Below are positions 40,854 through 50,775 of a DNA stretch of 64,000 nucleotides, one piece after another. The stretch's first letter is position 1. Each line of letters begins with the position of its first letter. The notes under the pieces are model-generated. The model ran no database searches, had not been told where the DNA came from, and worked only from the letters and a program-made list of their open reading frames with translations. This DNA is from an uncultured archaeon (GTDB lineage Archaea > Asgardarchaeota > Thorarchaeia > Thorarchaeales > Thorarchaeaceae). Both the position numbers and the translations under genes were made by a program. Where the stretch lies: contig CAZLEV010000012.1 in assembly GCA_964558645.1 (NCBI GenBank), forward strand, positions 55,700-119,699, given 5' to 3'.

Positions 40854-41843
40854 TCAATTCAGACTGCGTTCTACAATCTTGAGAGAGATGGTATCGCCCG
40901 GGGTAATACTCTCACAGAAAGCTCCAAATTCTCGAGGAATGACTACGATGGGCATTTCCGAGTCACTGAACGAGCTTGTCGGATACAAGAAGAGAGACAA
41001 ACCAAGAGCACGTTCATCATTGACGAATACCTTCAGTTCTCGATTAGTTGCAAAAACAGCTGGAGAAGAGCCATCGTCAATAATGGTGCCTATCTGTGAT
41101 TGCCACAATGTGACCGCTTCATCCTCCTCCAAGGGTCCATCTATCAGAGCTCCACCCCGCTTGTAGTGGGGAATGCCACCGTCGACAAGACCCGTGTGTC
41201 CCGAGCTTGTCCTGACCATATGCCCCAGGAATGGTCCGGAACGGGCAATAGGTAATGTGTTACTGACACACACAAGCCGCCCCGGTTCGCTGAGAATAAC
41301 AGTGCAGATGTGTTCCCGTTCTTCTGAAGGTCTTACAACCCTGACGTTTCCGACTGGCAACTCAAGTGGCAACGACTTGGTTGACCGTGAGAACACCTCC
41401 CCAGAGAGAATCTCCACGTGGTAATGGGGCCCAGTCCAATAGTTGAAGAATCGGGAACGGATGCATGAGCCAATTGATTCACCAGCGGCAATTGTCTCTG
41501 CAACTGAAACTGTTGGTCTGCAATGCAGCACTCTCACAAGGTAGTCATCTCTTCCCTCCGGTTCAATGCCAATGGCATAATCTAGTTCAGCAGTTGGAAA
41601 CGGTTTTGGACTGCCCATTCGAATTCTCTGAATTTTCTTTACTGTACCAGTGATAGGGCTGAATACAAGACCTGACCATTTCTGATGGCTAGGATAGACA
41701 TCCACTGCCGCGCCCAACGAATGACCGACATACGGGCTGTTCAAGTACGATAGATAAGAGTCTCTGGGCGCCAAGATCTCAATACCTGCAGATGAACCAA
41801 CGCTAAACACGTGATCGCCTCGTTGGTTAAGCTTCATTACCAA
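40854..41843 (-). CDS. Hypothetical protein with M23/LytM-like motifs
   Basis: SPY-x-GH...AVD, SPITG, VLH and HYHVE. Confidence 0.6.
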   Translation of the reverse strand: MVMKLNQRGDHVFSVGSSAGIEILAPRDSYLSYLNSPYVGHSLGAAVDVYPSHQKWSGLVFSPITGTVKKIQRIRMGSPKPFPTAELDYAIGIEPEGRDDYLVRVLHCRPTVSVAETIAAGESIGSCIRSRFFNYWTGPHYHVEILSGEVFSRSTKSLPLELPVGNVRVVRPSEEREHICTVILSEPGRLVCVSNTLPIARSGPFLGHMVRTSSGHTGLVDGGIPHYKRGGALIDGPLEEDEAVTLWQSQIGTIIDDGSSPAVFATNRELKVFVNDERALGLSLFLYPTSSFSDSEMPIVVIPREFGAFCESITPGDTISLKIVERSLN

Positions 41844-41877
41844 AATGCATTGCTCAAGAGCGCAATCGAGTCAGAGC

Positions 41878-43248
41878 CTATACAGCCTTTGCCTCGTCAT
41901 AGATGGGCTTAATCTTAGCCTTCCACTTCTGCAAGCCCTTGGGGTCAGCGGGGTATTCCAAGTACAGGTGTCTTATCTCATCCATTAACTTTGCAATCTT
42001 AGATACTCTCAGCAAGAGCGGAAGCTTTCCAAAACCCGAAACAAGTCTCCGGAATTTCTCGCCAGTTCCGATCTTCATCTTTCCAGTCATGCTCGTATCA
42101 AGCAGATCGGATGCCTTGATAATCCCCTTCTCGAATGCGAAGTTGATGTCATCGTTTGTTATATTCAGCAGGAACCATCGAAAGACATCAAGTGATGCTT
42201 GTTTTGCACCATAGACCTTCATGTATCGAGGGTTGTATGACCACAGGGACTTGATACTGGTATCGTTCCCGTCAAGAGCGTCAGCTGCGGTTATGCCTGC
42301 TAACGCACCTCCAAGCATTGATGAGCCTATACCTCCTCCATGGATCGGATTAACTTGGCAGGCTGCATCACCCACGAGCATGAAATTGTCATCAACGAGC
42401 GTATCGATAGGACGTCTGACGGGTGCTATCCCTCCGCTGCTGTCTATCTCTTCGAGGGGCGTCTTCATGAAATCCCAGTTTTCTTTCACGAAACTATCGA
42501 ATATCTCCTGAGGTTTTCTATGTCCGGGCAGGGTCATCAAACCTAGACCTACATTCACACGATGTTTTCCCTGAGGAAATACCCACGTATAACCACCAGG
42601 GGTCTCGTCTTGGTTCCAGTAGATCTCAAGGATGTCAGGATGCTCAAAGGTGTATTCTGGAGTTCTGTAGATATCTCTCCAGGCAACCATCATATCGGCC
42701 CTGTCTATCGTCTTCTCAACAGGTGATTCTTCAGGAAGTTGTCGCCTCAGCATCCCTGTTGCACCAGTAGCGTCAACCACAATCCGAGCGGTGATGGTCT
42801 TCTCGGAACCGTCATTGGCTGCAATCTTGAGTCCAGAAATCCTGCCTCCCTCAGATTCGAGCCGCTTCGCTCGAGTCGAAGCCACAATCTCTGCACCAGC
42901 TTGTTCTGCTAACTCAACGAACCATTGTCCCATCTTCAAACGATTGAAGGAGTAGCCCTTTGTTGTGGGACCGCTCATCCGAAGGCGATTCTCTCTATCG
43001 GGGGCAATAAGGTCAATACCGTTGACTTCATGCTCGATGATGCCCGGGGGTAAGTCTGGCAAATCAACTAGTTCTTTTAGTTCCTTAATGTGGTGCTGCC
43101 CGATGGCGTCTCCACAGGTCTTGTCACCAATCTCATCGCGGTCTTTCCGATCGAGTACGAGAACCGAATGACCTCTCTTAGCCAGAGTATACGCAGTGGT
43201 TGAACCACCTGTTCCGGCACCAGCGATTACTACGTCATAGTCAACCAT
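41878..43248 (-). CDS. Geranylgeranyl reductase (digeranylgeranylglycerophospholipid reductase)
   Basis: GAGTGG, IGDKTCGDA, PGGYTWVFP, VNVGLG and GDAA...NPIHGGG; resembles Sulfolobus GGR. Confidence 0.88.
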   Translation of the reverse strand: MVDYDVVIAGAGTGGSTTAYTLAKRGHSVLVLDRKDRDEIGDKTCGDAIGQHHIKELKELVDLPDLPPGIIEHEVNGIDLIAPDRENRLRMSGPTTKGYSFNRLKMGQWFVELAEQAGAEIVASTRAKRLESEGGRISGLKIAANDGSEKTITARIVVDATGATGMLRRQLPEESPVEKTIDRADMMVAWRDIYRTPEYTFEHPDILEIYWNQDETPGGYTWVFPQGKHRVNVGLGLMTLPGHRKPQEIFDSFVKENWDFMKTPLEEIDSSGGIAPVRRPIDTLVDDNFMLVGDAACQVNPIHGGGIGSSMLGGALAGITAADALDGNDTSIKSLWSYNPRYMKVYGAKQASLDVFRWFLLNITNDDINFAFEKGIIKASDLLDTSMTGKMKIGTGEKFRRLVSGFGKLPLLLRVSKIAKLMDEIRHLYLEYPADPKGLQKWKAKIKPIYDEAKAV

Positions 43249-43315
43249 GGCTTGAACCTCACATCCTCATCTCTGGATTCGTATAAGGCCGTGAACCTAA
43301 TCCCGGGTGTCCCAT

Positions 43316-44260
43316 CTATTCTTTAAGACTCTTCTGCAATGCGAAGCCGCCAAGGACCTCTTTGAGAATATCCCTTCCCGCGACAGCCGTTATACCCCTT
43401 GGATCGAGCATGGGGTTCAACTCTACAATGTCAGCGTAGCGGACTTTTTGGGTGGCAAATGCAGTCCTGAGATAACGGCAGACATCTTCGACATACAATC
43501 CACCTGATTCAGGGTGACTCACACCAGGAGCCACCTCTGGCCGGAGAATGTCCAAGTCTACCGAGATGTAAAGATAATCAACACGTTCGGCAATGTCTTG
43601 GACCTTCTTTGAGAAGCTCCTGAGGTCATAGACCGGAATGTCTATCCCCCCTGCAAGTTCTCTTCTCTGAGAAGGATGTGCACATCTTAGATCGTGTCCA
43701 ATAACATTCTCGATTGAGACCAAGCCTTCTCTAACACAGTTCCGAAGAGTAGTCGCATGGGAGAGCTTGTAACCGCCGTAGTCCTCATAGAAGTCGGCAT
43801 GAGAATCGAACCAGACAATACCGTACTCGCCTGTTCTACCACGTTTTAGCCCTCTCAGTAGAGGATAAGTGATGTAGTGATCACCACCTAGGAAGAGCAA
43901 GTAGCTATCCCGCTTGGCTAGCCGCTCTGCTGCATCGGAAATGTCGTACATCGCGGCCTCCGGCAATCGTAGATCGACATCGAGGTCCCCAATATCCTCC
44001 AAAGTGATAGCCTCTGATAGAAGGGGTCGCTCCTCGTACGAGTCGAATCCAATACTCGTGGGTCTGCTGTGAGATCTCTGCAATGTGGTCGCGAGCCGCA
44101 ACTCTCTTGGTCCAAACCTGCAGCCCGGACTATAGGATGATGTGAGGTCATATGGAACCCCCAGAATGCCCACATCTGGGTCACCCTCATTCGGACTTGG
44201 AATGCCAAAGAAAGCATCAGGGTTCTTCAAGAATCCGTTCAGGACGTCGCGAAGAGGCAT
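43316..44260 (-). CDS. Agmatinase/arginase family ureohydrolase
   Basis: GGDH, DSHAD, SHAT, SVDLD and ELNP motifs. Confidence 0.9.
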   Translation of the reverse strand: MPLRDVLNGFLKNPDAFFGIPSPNEGDPDVGILGVPYDLTSSYSPGCRFGPRELRLATTLQRSHSRPTSIGFDSYEERPLLSEAITLEDIGDLDVDLRLPEAAMYDISDAAERLAKRDSYLLFLGGDHYITYPLLRGLKRGRTGEYGIVWFDSHADFYEDYGGYKLSHATTLRNCVREGLVSIENVIGHDLRCAHPSQRRELAGGIDIPVYDLRSFSKKVQDIAERVDYLYISVDLDILRPEVAPGVSHPESGGLYVEDVCRYLRTAFATQKVRYADIVELNPMLDPRGITAVAGRDILKEVLGGFALQKSLKE

Positions 44261-44341
44261 ATCAAATCATCCCTCTCTTGGTCTGTTTCAACTATAAAGA
44301 ATACTGAATGACCGTTGATGTTCCCGCAAAAGAAAGAGGGT

Positions 44342-44379
44342 GTGTGACGTGCGGGTTCAGTTGAACCCCCATGTCACAT
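44342..44379. terminator. Long imperfect inverted repeat in the intergenic region
   Basis: GTGTGACGTG-C-GGGTTCA-GT-TGAACCC-C-CATGTCACAT; followed on the minus strand by CTCTTTCTTTT. Confidence 0.55.
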
Positions 44380-44386
44380 CTATGCT

Positions 44387-46054
44387 CTATACTTCGTAGT
44401 ATTGACCGCCACCAGACTTGGAGCCTCTAACAAGCCCGAAGATCTGCCAGATACCCACGATAGCCACTAGGCCGATGATGCCGCCTGTGTAAGGCCAGCC
44501 ATCAGCAACGGCTTGTGAGAGCACCGATACTGGATCCGCCTCAACAACCACAGAACCGGTTGAACTCCTCTTCTCGTAGATGACACCGTCGTATTCATAG
44601 AGTAGGCTTGCCTTCGGGAATGTGTAGCTGCCTTCATTGGGGAATGTCACCGAGTAGGTTATCGACACAGACTCGCCGCCCTCAAGCTCGAGATACTGCA
44701 AGACCTGGTCTCCGCTAACGGACACTTTGCTGTAGATCTGGCCTATCCCGAGGTCTGAGAGGGTGAGATTCTGTATTGCAAGTTCTCCTTCGTTGGTCAC
44801 GGTTACCGTGACCTCAGTGGTGCCGCCCACACTGACACTCGTTGGATTGAAAGTACGGGTGATGGTTATTGGAGGTGGGAACTCATTGCTACTGAAGAAA
44901 ATCTTGTAGTCAAGCTGATCACCGAAGTAGGTGCCATTCCACATCACCATTGCATCCGCTTCGTTGTAGAACGAAGCTTCTTCTGCCGCAGGTTGGTAGC
45001 TTGTTATGTTGACGCCAACGGGGACTTGCATAACGACCATTGAGAGTCCACTCTCAAGTGGCGAGAAAGGCGTGTCTGCATTGAGCAGCTCCTTGATACC
45101 AACGCTGACTGTTTCAGATGTCACCACCTGATCTCCAAGGTAGCCTGCCGCAGCCACAGCAAGAGGACCTGTGATATTGGGTGCCTGAGCAGTCAAGAAC
45201 CTATTGAGCGAGGTCTCTTGTGACAGTGCGAACGTGTCCCCTTCGCCACCGTCATCTCCTTCAAATATTGAAACAAGGTCTTCCATGCTGGGAATTACCA
45301 ACAGGCCTGCCGCTGAAGCAGGGGCTTCGGTGAATACACTCTGGTCAATCGCTCCGAGGAAGCCAGAGTCATCCATCACGGAGAACACTGATGCTACGGC
45401 ATTCGAAAACGAAATTGCCACTTGGTAGATATAGATGTCAAGAGATTCGAATGGCAGCTCGACCTCGGCATCTGGAGGAAACATACTCTCGTCAATACGT
45501 AATTTGAAGAGTTCTGAGAAACTGAACTGAAACTCTGATCCAAGATGATTCAGAATCGAAGACATCCTCTGCTGTGACGTTGCCTCATCAACGTTGACGA
45601 AGACATTGAAGAGCAGATTGAACTCCGTTCCAATCAACTCGAATATATCCTCAGGATTGAAGCCCATACCATCCTGAAGGGGAGAAAGGTCTCTTGCTCC
45701 CATCATTCCTCCATCTCCACCGAAGAGATCACCTCCGACAAGCTCAAAGACCATCTCAATGAACTCGCCATGAGTCGATACCAGAGCCATCGCCAAGCAT
45801 CCATCATACATCGGATCGTCGAGAGCTAAGGCATCTGAAGGTATTCCAAGCTGTCCATAAATCACTCCGGGTACTCCCTGGTCATCAATATGAGTGAAGA
45901 CTATCTCTGCACCTTCGTTCAGGATGAGTTCTAGAATGTCTTCTCCTTCCTGTGCAGGGGTGAAACTCGAATTACTCAGGGCTGCTACTGATGGTGCAAC
46001 GGCCAAGAAGGCCAAGAGTACTATTGCAAACGCGTGCTTGTATTGAAACTTCAT
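44387..46054 (-). CDS. Secreted, membrane-anchored protein with C-terminal Ig-like (DUF11/BatD-like) domain
   Basis: Signal peptide MKFQYKHAFAIVLL, VTVTVTNEG Ig-like motif, C-terminal TM. Confidence 0.8.
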   Translation of the reverse strand: MKFQYKHAFAIVLLAFLAVAPSVAALSNSSFTPAQEGEDILELILNEGAEIVFTHIDDQGVPGVIYGQLGIPSDALALDDPMYDGCLAMALVSTHGEFIEMVFELVGGDLFGGDGGMMGARDLSPLQDGMGFNPEDIFELIGTEFNLLFNVFVNVDEATSQQRMSSILNHLGSEFQFSFSELFKLRIDESMFPPDAEVELPFESLDIYIYQVAISFSNAVASVFSVMDDSGFLGAIDQSVFTEAPASAAGLLVIPSMEDLVSIFEGDDGGEGDTFALSQETSLNRFLTAQAPNITGPLAVAAAGYLGDQVVTSETVSVGIKELLNADTPFSPLESGLSMVVMQVPVGVNITSYQPAAEEASFYNEADAMVMWNGTYFGDQLDYKIFFSSNEFPPPITITRTFNPTSVSVGGTTEVTVTVTNEGELAIQNLTLSDLGIGQIYSKVSVSGDQVLQYLELEGGESVSITYSVTFPNEGSYTFPKASLLYEYDGVIYEKRSSTGSVVVEADPVSVLSQAVADGWPYTGGIIGLVAIVGIWQIFGLVRGSKSGGGQYYEV

Positions 46055-46061
46055 TTTTATC

Positions 46062-46598
46062 TCACTCCTTTGGACGAATGGTGGCCCCAATCATTCCAGC
46101 GATGATAACAACAACCACGGGTACTATCAAGTAGATGACCAGCGGGGTTAGGATTGCCATTATGTCTGGTTCCCCACCGGATGCCAGCCCGATGATACCT
46201 AGCAGATCACCGATAAGAGATTGAACAAGGGGTATCGACAGTATATCCACAATCGAACCACCCTGGGGCATTGGGGGAAGAGTGCCCAGCTCAACTCCTG
46301 ACTGAAAGAGCTGAAACGCACAGAATACGAGTATGCCAATGCAGCTCAACCAAGTGAAGAGACCTACTACGAATGCACCCTTCTTGGTGCCGGCGATGAT
46401 GCCCCCCACAAGGCCAGCGATGGCCCATATAGCGAACATTATGATATTGTTCAGGGGATTTACTAAGAGCGCGTTAACCATGACTAGGGTTGGCCGGATA
46501 TAATTCCCCAGCTGTGGCGCCAGCCATAGTATGAGCGTGTTGTAACCATTTGGAAGGAGGAACCAAGCACCGGCCAAGACTATGACCAATGCAGCCAA
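46062..46598 (-). CDS. Hypothetical multi-pass membrane protein
   Basis: Four hydrophobic segments; true start may be ATC at 46628 behind AGGAGGT. Confidence 0.75.
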   Translation of the reverse strand: MAALVIVLAGAWFLLPNGYNTLILWLAPQLGNYIRPTLVMVNALLVNPLNNIIMFAIWAIAGLVGGIIAGTKKGAFVVGLFTWLSCIGILVFCAFQLFQSGVELGTLPPMPQGGSIVDILSIPLVQSLIGDLLGIIGLASGGEPDIMAILTPLVIYLIVPVVVVIIAGMIGATIRPKE

Positions 46599-46868
46599 CC
46601 AACCAAAGTATTTGCTTCCAAAACTGATATTGAGGACCTCCTATAGAGTCATCTTGTCAAACAAGAAATCACATCCTGAACTATTAACATTATGGTGCTC
46701 AGATGGTAGACAGCAAGACAGGATTAACTAATCCGTCAAAATTGATTCGATAAGCAGAAATACACCGCCTGACAATAAGCGGGCTAAGAGCTAAGCTCAT
46801 GGTGAATACCTGAAACCTCATTGTGCGCTTACTGACACAAGAAGCTAGATAGCGGAATGAGATGGAAT

Positions 46869-47216
46869 ATGAGTGAGGACACACGACAGAAGGCGTATGA
46901 AGTGATTCAGCTGATGTCGTCGCTCAACGACACAAGACGAGCGATTGTCATGGCGCTGGCTCACATCTACCCAAGAAGTGTCAGTGGTGTCCAACTGAGC
47001 CGCCTGATCGGCTATAGTGGAAAGTCAAGGAGCCTCTACAGAGGTGTACTGTCCCATCTAAGCGAGGACCGGCTGATCCTGATTGACGAGCTGACTCCGA
47101 AGCTCTATGCAATCCGAATCAACCACGAACACCCGCTGCTGGAGTTTCTTGTCGAAATCTGCAAAGAGCATGGAGCTGACGCTCGAGAGCTCTACGAGCA
47201 GGCATTGGAGGAATGA
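46869..47216 (+). CDS. Winged-helix domain protein
   Basis: Helix-turn-helix SGVQLSRLIGY followed by wing LILIDELTPKLYAIRIN. Confidence 0.7.
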   Translation: MSEDTRQKAYEVIQLMSSLNDTRRAIVMALAHIYPRSVSGVQLSRLIGYSGKSRSLYRGVLSHLSEDRLILIDELTPKLYAIRINHEHPLLEFLVEICKEHGADARELYEQALEE

Positions 47217-47821
47217 TGATGGACATTCGGTTGAGAAATGCACGCAGCCTCTATGAAGAGAGGACTAAGATAGCGTTAGCTGCGTTCATCATCGTCTTTG
47301 CTGTCACGTCCTACATCTTCTATAGCCCAGGAATCTATACAATCGGAATTGAACCACCTGAAGGAATCCCCCAGGGTTGGGTCCAAGGCTTCGAAGTGGT
47401 CTACTCGTTCAATACGGCAGGCTTTGTTCTGGCCTTGTCACTGATGGTTTTTGCGTACGCATTCTGGCAATGGGCATTTCTCCCCGCTCCGGCAGCATCC
47501 TTCACGACTTCAATTCTAGAGGGGATTTTTGGGTCGAAGTCAGTAGTCGAGAGATTGATTGGGAAGAGATTTCGGGTCAAAGCTGGTGATGATTCACATA
47601 TTGACATCGCTTGCAGAATCAAGGAGAGGGGTACGGATCAATGGTTTGTCTATCAAGTGCACTCATCCCCCATTCGCAATCCTCGGCTGGAGAATCTGGC
47701 CCTCCGTCACGGTATGCATGTCGAGAATGACAGAATCACGACTTCTATGAGTAATGATGAGCTTCACGGTCGCCTTCTATTGATGGCTCGTGCGATGCGG
47801 CTGGCTACAAATTCATCCTAA
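47213..47821 (+). CDS. Hypothetical two-TM membrane protein
   Basis: ATGA overlap with the upstream gene, two TMs, soluble C-domain. Confidence 0.7.
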   Translation: MMMDIRLRNARSLYEERTKIALAAFIIVFAVTSYIFYSPGIYTIGIEPPEGIPQGWVQGFEVVYSFNTAGFVLALSLMVFAYAFWQWAFLPAPAASFTTSILEGIFGSKSVVERLIGKRFRVKAGDDSHIDIACRIKERGTDQWFVYQVHSSPIRNPRLENLALRHGMHVENDRITTSMSNDELHGRLLLMARAMRLATNSS

Positions 47822-47897
47822 GGACGTTATCCTTGCAAGAGACCCCACATACCTATTTCAACTCCACACGCCACCACTCACATGGTCATGTGCCTTG

Positions 47898-48287
47898 ATG
47901 AGAATAAGAAGAACGGTAGACATTGCTATGAGTAACTATGAGTGTATTCTTGGCACAGCCGTCTTTACGTACGAGGGACGAGTAGTCTACGCCAGCGAGA
48001 ACATGATGATTAACGAATTAGACACAAGCACAATCGTAAATGCTTGGAGAGAGAATCTACCCCAGTTCTGCGTGAAACAAATCCCGTTTCTCACAGCCAT
48101 GGCCACGAAGAACGGTCTAGTCGGGATAAATCCTGATGGTGCCGTCAGCCTGATATGTGCCACCGGGAAGGGCGTTTGGTTCGTTGCTGTCTTTGTCCCA
48201 ATGGATGAGAACAAAGAAGGAGTCCTCAAAGAGTGCATTCAGGCTGCGAAGAACCTTGAATCCTCCGTTTCGATTCTCGATGTCTAA
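47898..48287 (+). CDS. Profilin-like protein (Asgard type)
   Basis: About 129 aa; helix-GTAVF..EG.VVYASEN-helix(W)-strands-LVGINP.G..SLI-strand-C-terminal helix, matching the Asgard profilin layout as recalled. Confidence 0.65.
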   Translation: MRIRRTVDIAMSNYECILGTAVFTYEGRVVYASENMMINELDTSTIVNAWRENLPQFCVKQIPFLTAMATKNGLVGINPDGAVSLICATGKGVWFVAVFVPMDENKEGVLKECIQAAKNLESSVSILDV

Positions 48288-48523
48288 GGCTCATCATCGG
48301 GCTTACGCCCTTCACTCTTCTTCAAACCAAGAAGCTCAGCGGGATAGTTCTTCCATAGATAGTTTCGAACCGTTATTATGACTATGCTCACAGTAATCCC
48401 TATAGCTATCAACAAGATACCCAGCTCTAGAGACCTTCCAGATAGCCAGTAGATGAACCAAAGAAGAGCCCATATCAAGAGCATCAACGGCCCAAGAACT
48501 TGATTAATACGTCCAGCGTCCAT
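48284..48523 (-). CDS. Small two-TM membrane protein
   Basis: Two hydrophobic helices; fills the gap after the upstream membrane gene. Confidence 0.6.
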   Translation of the reverse strand: MDAGRINQVLGPLMLLIWALLWFIYWLSGRSLELGILLIAIGITVSIVIITVRNYLWKNYPAELLGLKKSEGRKPDDEP

Positions 48524-48541
48524 TATACCACTTCGACAATC

Positions 48542-49042
48542 TTACTGCATCCTCATAGGTTTCTGTGAGGCGATTATTCGGGCCTGTAGTGCAAGGATTG
48601 CGCCAATCCACGCAATAGACTGAGTGACCTGCAACCCCAAGTCCATCATGATTCGGCCAGCTATCGCAGACTCTGCAAGTGTCATGACCAGGCTTAGTAC
48701 TCCAGTACCGACAGCTACGAGGATTACATTCCTCCCTAGCTCTACCCTGTGAGTTGTGAGAATCACACCCCCGAGAATCACTGCCACCCCCGTCATGGAG
48801 GTCAGAACTCCAAGGATTCCCATGATGATCTCGAACGACATGACAAACTCGGGACCAAAGAGGAGGCCAAAATCCTCTGAAAGCTCCCGAGCTAGGACCA
48901 GCGAGCCACTTGTTCCGGATAGTACCAACAGCACTCCTCCCGTCAAACATAGGAAGAAAGGCGTTTTGTTATGGAAATCCTTCAATGCATCGAGAAGGCC
49001 AGAGGCTATCAATTTAAGGGTAACTGCGGTCAAGACGTCCAA
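48542..49042 (-). CDS. Hypothetical four-TM membrane protein
   Basis: Gly-rich TMs (GGVLLVLSG, GVAVILGG). Confidence 0.7.
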   Translation of the reverse strand: MDVLTAVTLKLIASGLLDALKDFHNKTPFFLCLTGGVLLVLSGTSGSLVLARELSEDFGLLFGPEFVMSFEIIMGILGVLTSMTGVAVILGGVILTTHRVELGRNVILVAVGTGVLSLVMTLAESAIAGRIMMDLGLQVTQSIAWIGAILALQARIIASQKPMRMQ

Positions 49043-49101
49043 TTTCGCTGGATTTCGCCGAATAGATTAAGTGTAGTGGGCAGTTTTCAACGTCGAAGAA
49101 A

Positions 49102-49833
49102 ATGCATGTACATTACGAAGAAACTGGAGACCTAGATTCGCCGCACTTGATCCTAATACACGGTGCCGGTGGTTCATCTGCAACTTGGTTCATGCAACTC
49201 AAGGGCTTAGCAAGAAACTTTCACGTTATTGCGCCTGACCTCAATGGTCACGGGAAGACACCAGATCGTCATGAAGATGACACACTCTCTGCATATCTCC
49301 GGGATATCGATGAGGTCGTCAGTGAGTTCGATGAACCTATCTTGGGAGGGCATTCGATGGGAGGGGCTCTCACTCAGCTATATCTTCTGAAACATCCGGG
49401 GAATACTAAGAGAGCTGTTCTGATAGGGACAGGCGCCAGGTTACGTTGTGCTCCGTTCATATTCGATCTTCTGGACAACGATTTCGAGGGCTATGTCGAT
49501 GCGGTGGGAGAATACATGTTCTCCGAATCTGCATCGCGAGAGCTGATTGAGGCCTCTCAGGCGGAAGTAAGAAAATGCAGTCCCAATGTCATAAAGAGGG
49601 ACTTTGCTGTGTGTAACGAGTTTGACATTATGGATGAGGTTGACAAGATTGATGTACCCACGCTGCTGATAGTAGGAGAAGATGATGTGATGACCCCGCT
49701 GAAGTACTCTGAGTATCTACACGATAGGATTCCTGACTCAGAACTCGTTGTGGTTCCAAATGCGGGGCACAGTGTAATGCTTGAACAACCAGCCATGGTG
49801 AACACTGCAATCTCAAAGTGGTACTGGCCGTAG
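49102..49833 (+). CDS. Alpha/beta fold hydrolase
   Basis: IHGAGG, DLNGHG, GHSMGG, GEDD and AGH motifs. Confidence 0.92.
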   Translation: MHVHYEETGDLDSPHLILIHGAGGSSATWFMQLKGLARNFHVIAPDLNGHGKTPDRHEDDTLSAYLRDIDEVVSEFDEPILGGHSMGGALTQLYLLKHPGNTKRAVLIGTGARLRCAPFIFDLLDNDFEGYVDAVGEYMFSESASRELIEASQAEVRKCSPNVIKRDFAVCNEFDIMDEVDKIDVPTLLIVGEDDVMTPLKYSEYLHDRIPDSELVVVPNAGHSVMLEQPAMVNTAISKWYWP

Positions 49834-49859
49834 GACGCTTCTGGAGCTGTTTGAAGAGT

Positions 49860-50270
49860 TTATAGATTGATGAGTCTCTGTTTGGTTCGCCTCTGCTTGA
49901 CAGCCGCGACGAGTCGCGTTCTGTCAAAGTAGACTTCATTCCTAGAGATTTTTTTTCCTTCGAGCTCCACGATATCGAGGCCCACCTCGTGAAGTGTTTC
50001 AGGGCCTACAGGGATTGTGCATTCCCATTTGACGATGGCTCCTGATTCGATTGGGAATACCTCTATCGGTCTCCAGACCCAGTCACGGTATACATCCAGA
50101 AGTCTCTCAAAGTACTCTCTAATCTCATCCTTACCCTTGAGTCCGTCACGATTTGCAGGATCGACGTACAACGCATCTTCGGTGTAATACTCCAGCAGTT
50201 TGTCGGGATCATTGCCCGTCCAAGCCTGAAGCCATTTGTTACAGAATTCAAACAGTTCGTTCTCATCCAT
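49860..50270 (-). CDS. NTF2/SnoaL-like protein
   Basis: W..AW..D...LL..YTEDA.YVDP...GKDEIREYF; GKKISRNEVYFD. Confidence 0.88.
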   Translation of the reverse strand: MDENELFEFCNKWLQAWTGNDPDKLLEYYTEDALYVDPANRDGLKGKDEIREYFERLLDVYRDWVWRPIEVFPIESGAIVKWECTIPVGPETLHEVGLDIVELEGKKISRNEVYFDRTRLVAAVKQRRTKQRLINL

Positions 50271-50553
50271 TTTTCATCCCACAGGTTCTAGGCAGGTTGA
50301 AGCATCGGTCTCGAATTACGCCACCAGATTTCTTTTCGGGGCGCGCTCGGAGGGCGATAGCCGAATCATAAACCTATGCGTTCTTTCAATGTGCAGTGAA
50401 GGAAACGATGATCCACAAGATCTAGAGCCGGTTCATAACCTTAACCAGGGGCTATCGCGGACATCAATCATCCAACAAGCTTCTCAGAATGCCGCCTACT
50501 CACCACTGATAAAGGCATACGTCCACTTCAAAGTCATACAAGGTGAACTTGAA

Positions 50554-50775
50554 GTGACGATAGTAATAAGGATTGATAGAGAAGAATGCATCTCTTGTGC
50601 CACCTGTGAAGATATATGTCCCGAAGTGTTTGTGATGAGCGATGACGATTGGGCATCCGTCGCTAAGGAATATAGAAAGGGCGACAGGTCTACAGGAGAG
50701 ATTCCTGATGAACTCGAGGGTTGTGCACACGAAGCTGCTGATGCTTGCCCTGTAGCCATCATCCACCTTGACTAG
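50554..50775 (+). CDS. Monocluster ferredoxin
   Basis: CISCATC...CP...AADACPVAII; GTG start 7 nt after the AGGTGA RBS (ORF track start 50236 is over-extended). Confidence 0.9.
   Translation: MTIVIRIDREECISCATCEDICPEVFVMSDDDWASVAKEYRKGDRSTGEIPDELEGCAHEAADACPVAIIHLD

Noticed and set aside
41878-43248. FAD protein near lipS2 as the lipoate-pathway LipT
   Set aside because: Motifs (IGDKxCGDA, PGGYxWxFP, NPIHGGG) fit archaeal lipid geranylgeranyl reductase better
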